Shown here: positions 61,438-64,000 of the stretch, one piece after another
How the letters are laid out: every line of letters begins with the position of its first letter
Numbering within the stretch: position 1 is the first letter of the stretch
Origin: an uncultured Spirochaetota bacterium
Lineage (GTDB): Bacteria; Spirochaetota; Spirochaetia; SZUA-6; Fen-1364
Direction of reading: 5' to 3'
Assembly (NCBI GenBank): GCA_963781885.1
Contig: CAWAHW010000002.1
Coordinates: 544,001 to 608,000 of the forward strand
DNA: 64,000 nt
The notes under the pieces: model-generated
What the model saw: the letters and a program-made list of their open reading frames with translations, nothing else
Databases searched by the model: none
Told to the model about the DNA's origin: nothing
Program-made: the position numbers and the translations under genes

Positions 61438-63228
61438 ATGAAAGCATTCGACCCGCGCACCGCGGCATCGAAGAATCGTCTTGTCGGCTTGTGGCGTCTC
61501 ATGACCGGCTACCGGCCGGGCTATGTCGTCGCCATTCTCTGCACGGGCTTCGCCACCTGCTCGCAGACGGGCACGTATCTCCTCCTGCGGCGCTTCATCG
61601 ACGTCGCGCTTCCGTCGCGCGCCCTGGCGCCCCTCATCGGGGTCGCCGCGGCCTTCGTCGGGCTCGCGGCATTCCAGGGCACGTTCTCATTCCTCGCGGG
61701 GCGCCTCGCCGCGCGCGCCGCCGAAGGGACGACGCGCCGGCTGCGCGACGCCTTCTACGACCAGGTGCAGAAGATGCCCTTCTCCTATCTCGACAGGACC
61801 CCGACGGGGGAGCTCATCGAAAGGGCCACTTCCGACATGGACGCCGTGCGTCGATTCTACGCGGACCAGGCCATCGGCTTCGGCCGCATCGTCCTGATGC
61901 TCGGAGTGAACCTCGCCGCCGTGCTGAGCATGAACGTGCGGCTGGGCCTCGCGTCCATCATCGTGCTGCCCTTCGTGCTCGTCGTGTCGGTGATCTTCTT
62001 CACCGCCATCTCGAAACGCTATGAGAAGTATCAGGAGCAGGAGGCGATCCTGTCCACGACGCTCCAGGAGAATCTCACGGGCGTGCGGGTCGTGAAGGCG
62101 TTCGCGCGCCAGGCGTTTGAGACGGACCGGTTCGAGGCGGTGAACGTCGAGAAGTATCGTCGCGGGCGAAGGCTCGTCACGATGAACGCGCTCTTCTGGC
62201 CCCTCACGGACATCATCTGCGCGCTGCAGATGGTCGGGGGATTCCTCTTCGGGGCCGTGCTCGCCATCCGCGGGACGATCAGCGTGGGGACCTACATGGC
62301 GTTCGTCGCCATGATCGCGCAGATCATCTGGCCCATCCGTTTCCTCGGCAGGCTGATCGTCGACATCTCCAGCGGCCTTGTCTCCTACAAGCGCGTCATG
62401 ACCGTGATGATGGAGACCCAGGAGCCGCTTGCTGCGGGAATCCCGATCCTCGGACCGCGCCTCCGCGGGGACCTGGTCTTCCACGATGTCTCCTTCGGCT
62501 ATGACCCCGCGAAGCCCATCCTGTCCGGGGTGAGCTTCAATTGCTCCTCGGGACAGTCCATTGCGCTCCTGGGCTCCACGGGATCGGGAAAGACCAGCCT
62601 CGTGAACCTCGTGCCGCGCTTCTACGACTACACGGGCGGAAGCATCACGCTGGACGGCCGGGAGCTCGCGGAGTACGCGCGGCACGACCTGCGCCGGCAG
62701 GTGGGCATCGTGGAGCAGGAGCCCTTCCTCTTCTCCCGTTCGTTGCGGGAGAACATCACCTACGGCGTGGCCGGCGACGTGAGCGATGAGGCGGTGGAGG
62801 AGGCGGCCCGGTCGGCTGCCATCCACGACGTCATCCTCACCTTCCCAAAGGGCTATGACACAATGGTGGGGGAAAAGGGTGTCACGCTCTCCGGCGGCCA
62901 GAAGCAGAGGGTCGCCATTGCGCGCACGCTCCTCAAGGACCCCGCCATCCTCATCCTCGACGACTCTACCTCCTCGGTGGACACCGAGACGGAGGCCGCC
63001 ATCCGCGCGGCGCTGGAGATCCTGATGAAGGGCCGCACGACATTCATCATTGCCCACAGGATCCAGAGCCTCATGAAGGCGGACCTCATCCTTGTCTTCG
63101 ACAAGGGGCGCATCGTGGAGCGCGGCACGCACGCGTCGCTCCTGGCGGCGGGCGGGATGTACAGGCGGATCTTCGACCTGCAGACCCGCATCGAGACCGA
63201 GCTGAAAGAGGAGATCAGCCTTGCCTGA
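61438..63228 (+). CDS. ABC exporter, permease + ATPase (MdlA-like half of a heterodimer)
   Basis: 6 TMs, GSTGSGKT, LSGGQKQR, degenerate LDDSTS, IAHR. Confidence 0.93.
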   Translation: MKAFDPRTAASKNRLVGLWRLMTGYRPGYVVAILCTGFATCSQTGTYLLLRRFIDVALPSRALAPLIGVAAAFVGLAAFQGTFSFLAGRLAARAAEGTTRRLRDAFYDQVQKMPFSYLDRTPTGELIERATSDMDAVRRFYADQAIGFGRIVLMLGVNLAAVLSMNVRLGLASIIVLPFVLVVSVIFFTAISKRYEKYQEQEAILSTTLQENLTGVRVVKAFARQAFETDRFEAVNVEKYRRGRRLVTMNALFWPLTDIICALQMVGGFLFGAVLAIRGTISVGTYMAFVAMIAQIIWPIRFLGRLIVDISSGLVSYKRVMTVMMETQEPLAAGIPILGPRLRGDLVFHDVSFGYDPAKPILSGVSFNCSSGQSIALLGSTGSGKTSLVNLVPRFYDYTGGSITLDGRELAEYARHDLRRQVGIVEQEPFLFSRSLRENITYGVAGDVSDEAVEEAARSAAIHDVILTFPKGYDTMVGEKGVTLSGGQKQRVAIARTLLKDPAILILDDSTSSVDTETEAAIRAALEILMKGRTTFIIAHRIQSLMKADLILVFDKGRIVERGTHASLLAAGGMYRRIFDLQTRIETELKEEISLA

Positions 63229-64000
63229 CTTCATGCACGACGAAGAGGAGTTCACGACCGGCTTCAACGGGAAGACGGTGCTCCGCATGTTCGGCGAGCT
63301 GCGGAAATACTGGCCACGCGTGCTCGTCTTCTGCTGCCTGGTCGGTCTGGTGGCCGTCGGCGACGGTCTTTTCACCTACCTCAACAAGAGGATCATCGAC
63401 GAGGCGATTGTCACGCATGACACGACGCGCCTGGCGACTATTGCGCTCCTGTTCGGCGCGATCATGGCGGGGCAGGCCTTCGCGGTGTTCGGCATGGTGT
63501 TCTTTGCCGGCACGCTGGGCGAGCGCGTCCAGTACGACCTCAGGAAGAAGATGTTCAACCACCTCCAGGAGCTGTCGTTCTCCTATTACGACCGCACACC
63601 GGTGGGATGGATCATGGCGCGCGTCACCTCGGACTCGGGCCGGATCGCCAATCTCATCACGTGGGGTCTGAATGACGTCTGCTGGGCGATAACGAACATC
63701 ATCTCCTCCACCGTCTTCATGTTCCTCATCGACTGGAGGCTGGCGGCGATCATCTTCGTCACCATCCCCTTTCTCGTCATCGTGGCGGTGCAGTTCAAGA
63801 ACCGCATCGTGGGGGAATACCGCAAGGTGCGGCGGCTGAACTCCAAGATCACCGCCGCCTACAACGAAAGCATCTCGGGGGTGCGCGTCGTGAAGGCCCT
63901 CTGCCGCGAGGAGAAGAATCTCGCGGAGTTCTCCCGTCTCACGGGCGACATGCGGGCGGCAGGCTTCCGGGCGGCGTGGCTCTCCGCGCTCTTCCTGCCC
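63221..64000 (+). CDS. ABC exporter second half (MdlB-like), truncated by the window end
   Basis: TTG start after GAGGAG overlapping the previous stop; DLRKKMFNHLQELSFSYYDRTPVGWIMARVTSD read manually. Confidence 0.88.
   Translation, partial: MPDFMHDEEEFTTGFNGKTVLRMFGELRKYWPRVLVFCCLVGLVAVGDGLFTYLNKRIIDEAIVTHDTTRLATIALLFGAIMAGQAFAVFGMVFFAGTLGERVQYDLRKKMFNHLQELSFSYYDRTPVGWIMARVTSDSGRIANLITWGLNDVCWAITNIISSTVFMFLIDWRLAAIIFVTIPFLVIVAVQFKNRIVGEYRKVRRLNSKITAAYNESISGVRVVKALCREEKNLAEFSRLTGDMRAAGFRAAWLSALFLP

Overview
High-GC bacterial chromosomal segment, most likely an anaerobic free-living spirochaete (Spirochaetia). This is inferred from a stand-alone FliG paralogue, a long spirochaete-type thymidine kinase and a DUF6657-like protein. 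It holds about 55 CDSs and two tRNAs (Phe-GAA, Pro-TGG): a sugar-acid-type catabolic cluster, two paaK-ACT pairs, asnS, glpK, an EndoQ/PHP-UvrD fusion, a GH1 glycosidase, MFS and ABC/MacAB-TolC exporters with regulators, lnt and an argR-C-B-D-G operon. The best candidate for an undescribed system is 31339-34931. This tightly linked operon encodes a tetraheme cytochrome c3 fused to a NarI/TmcC-type cytochrome b, a small CCG-less Fe-S protein, a second cytochrome c3, and MetV-MetF, i.e. a putative membrane-spanning, cytochrome-wired methylene-THF reductase. Also notable are about ten apparently leaderless genes, a small MITE-like element beside a duplicated promoter -35, several clear operator arrays, and about 11 frameshifted genes that probably reflect uncorrected long-read errors. 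All family assignments come from motifs read by eye; no database searches were run.
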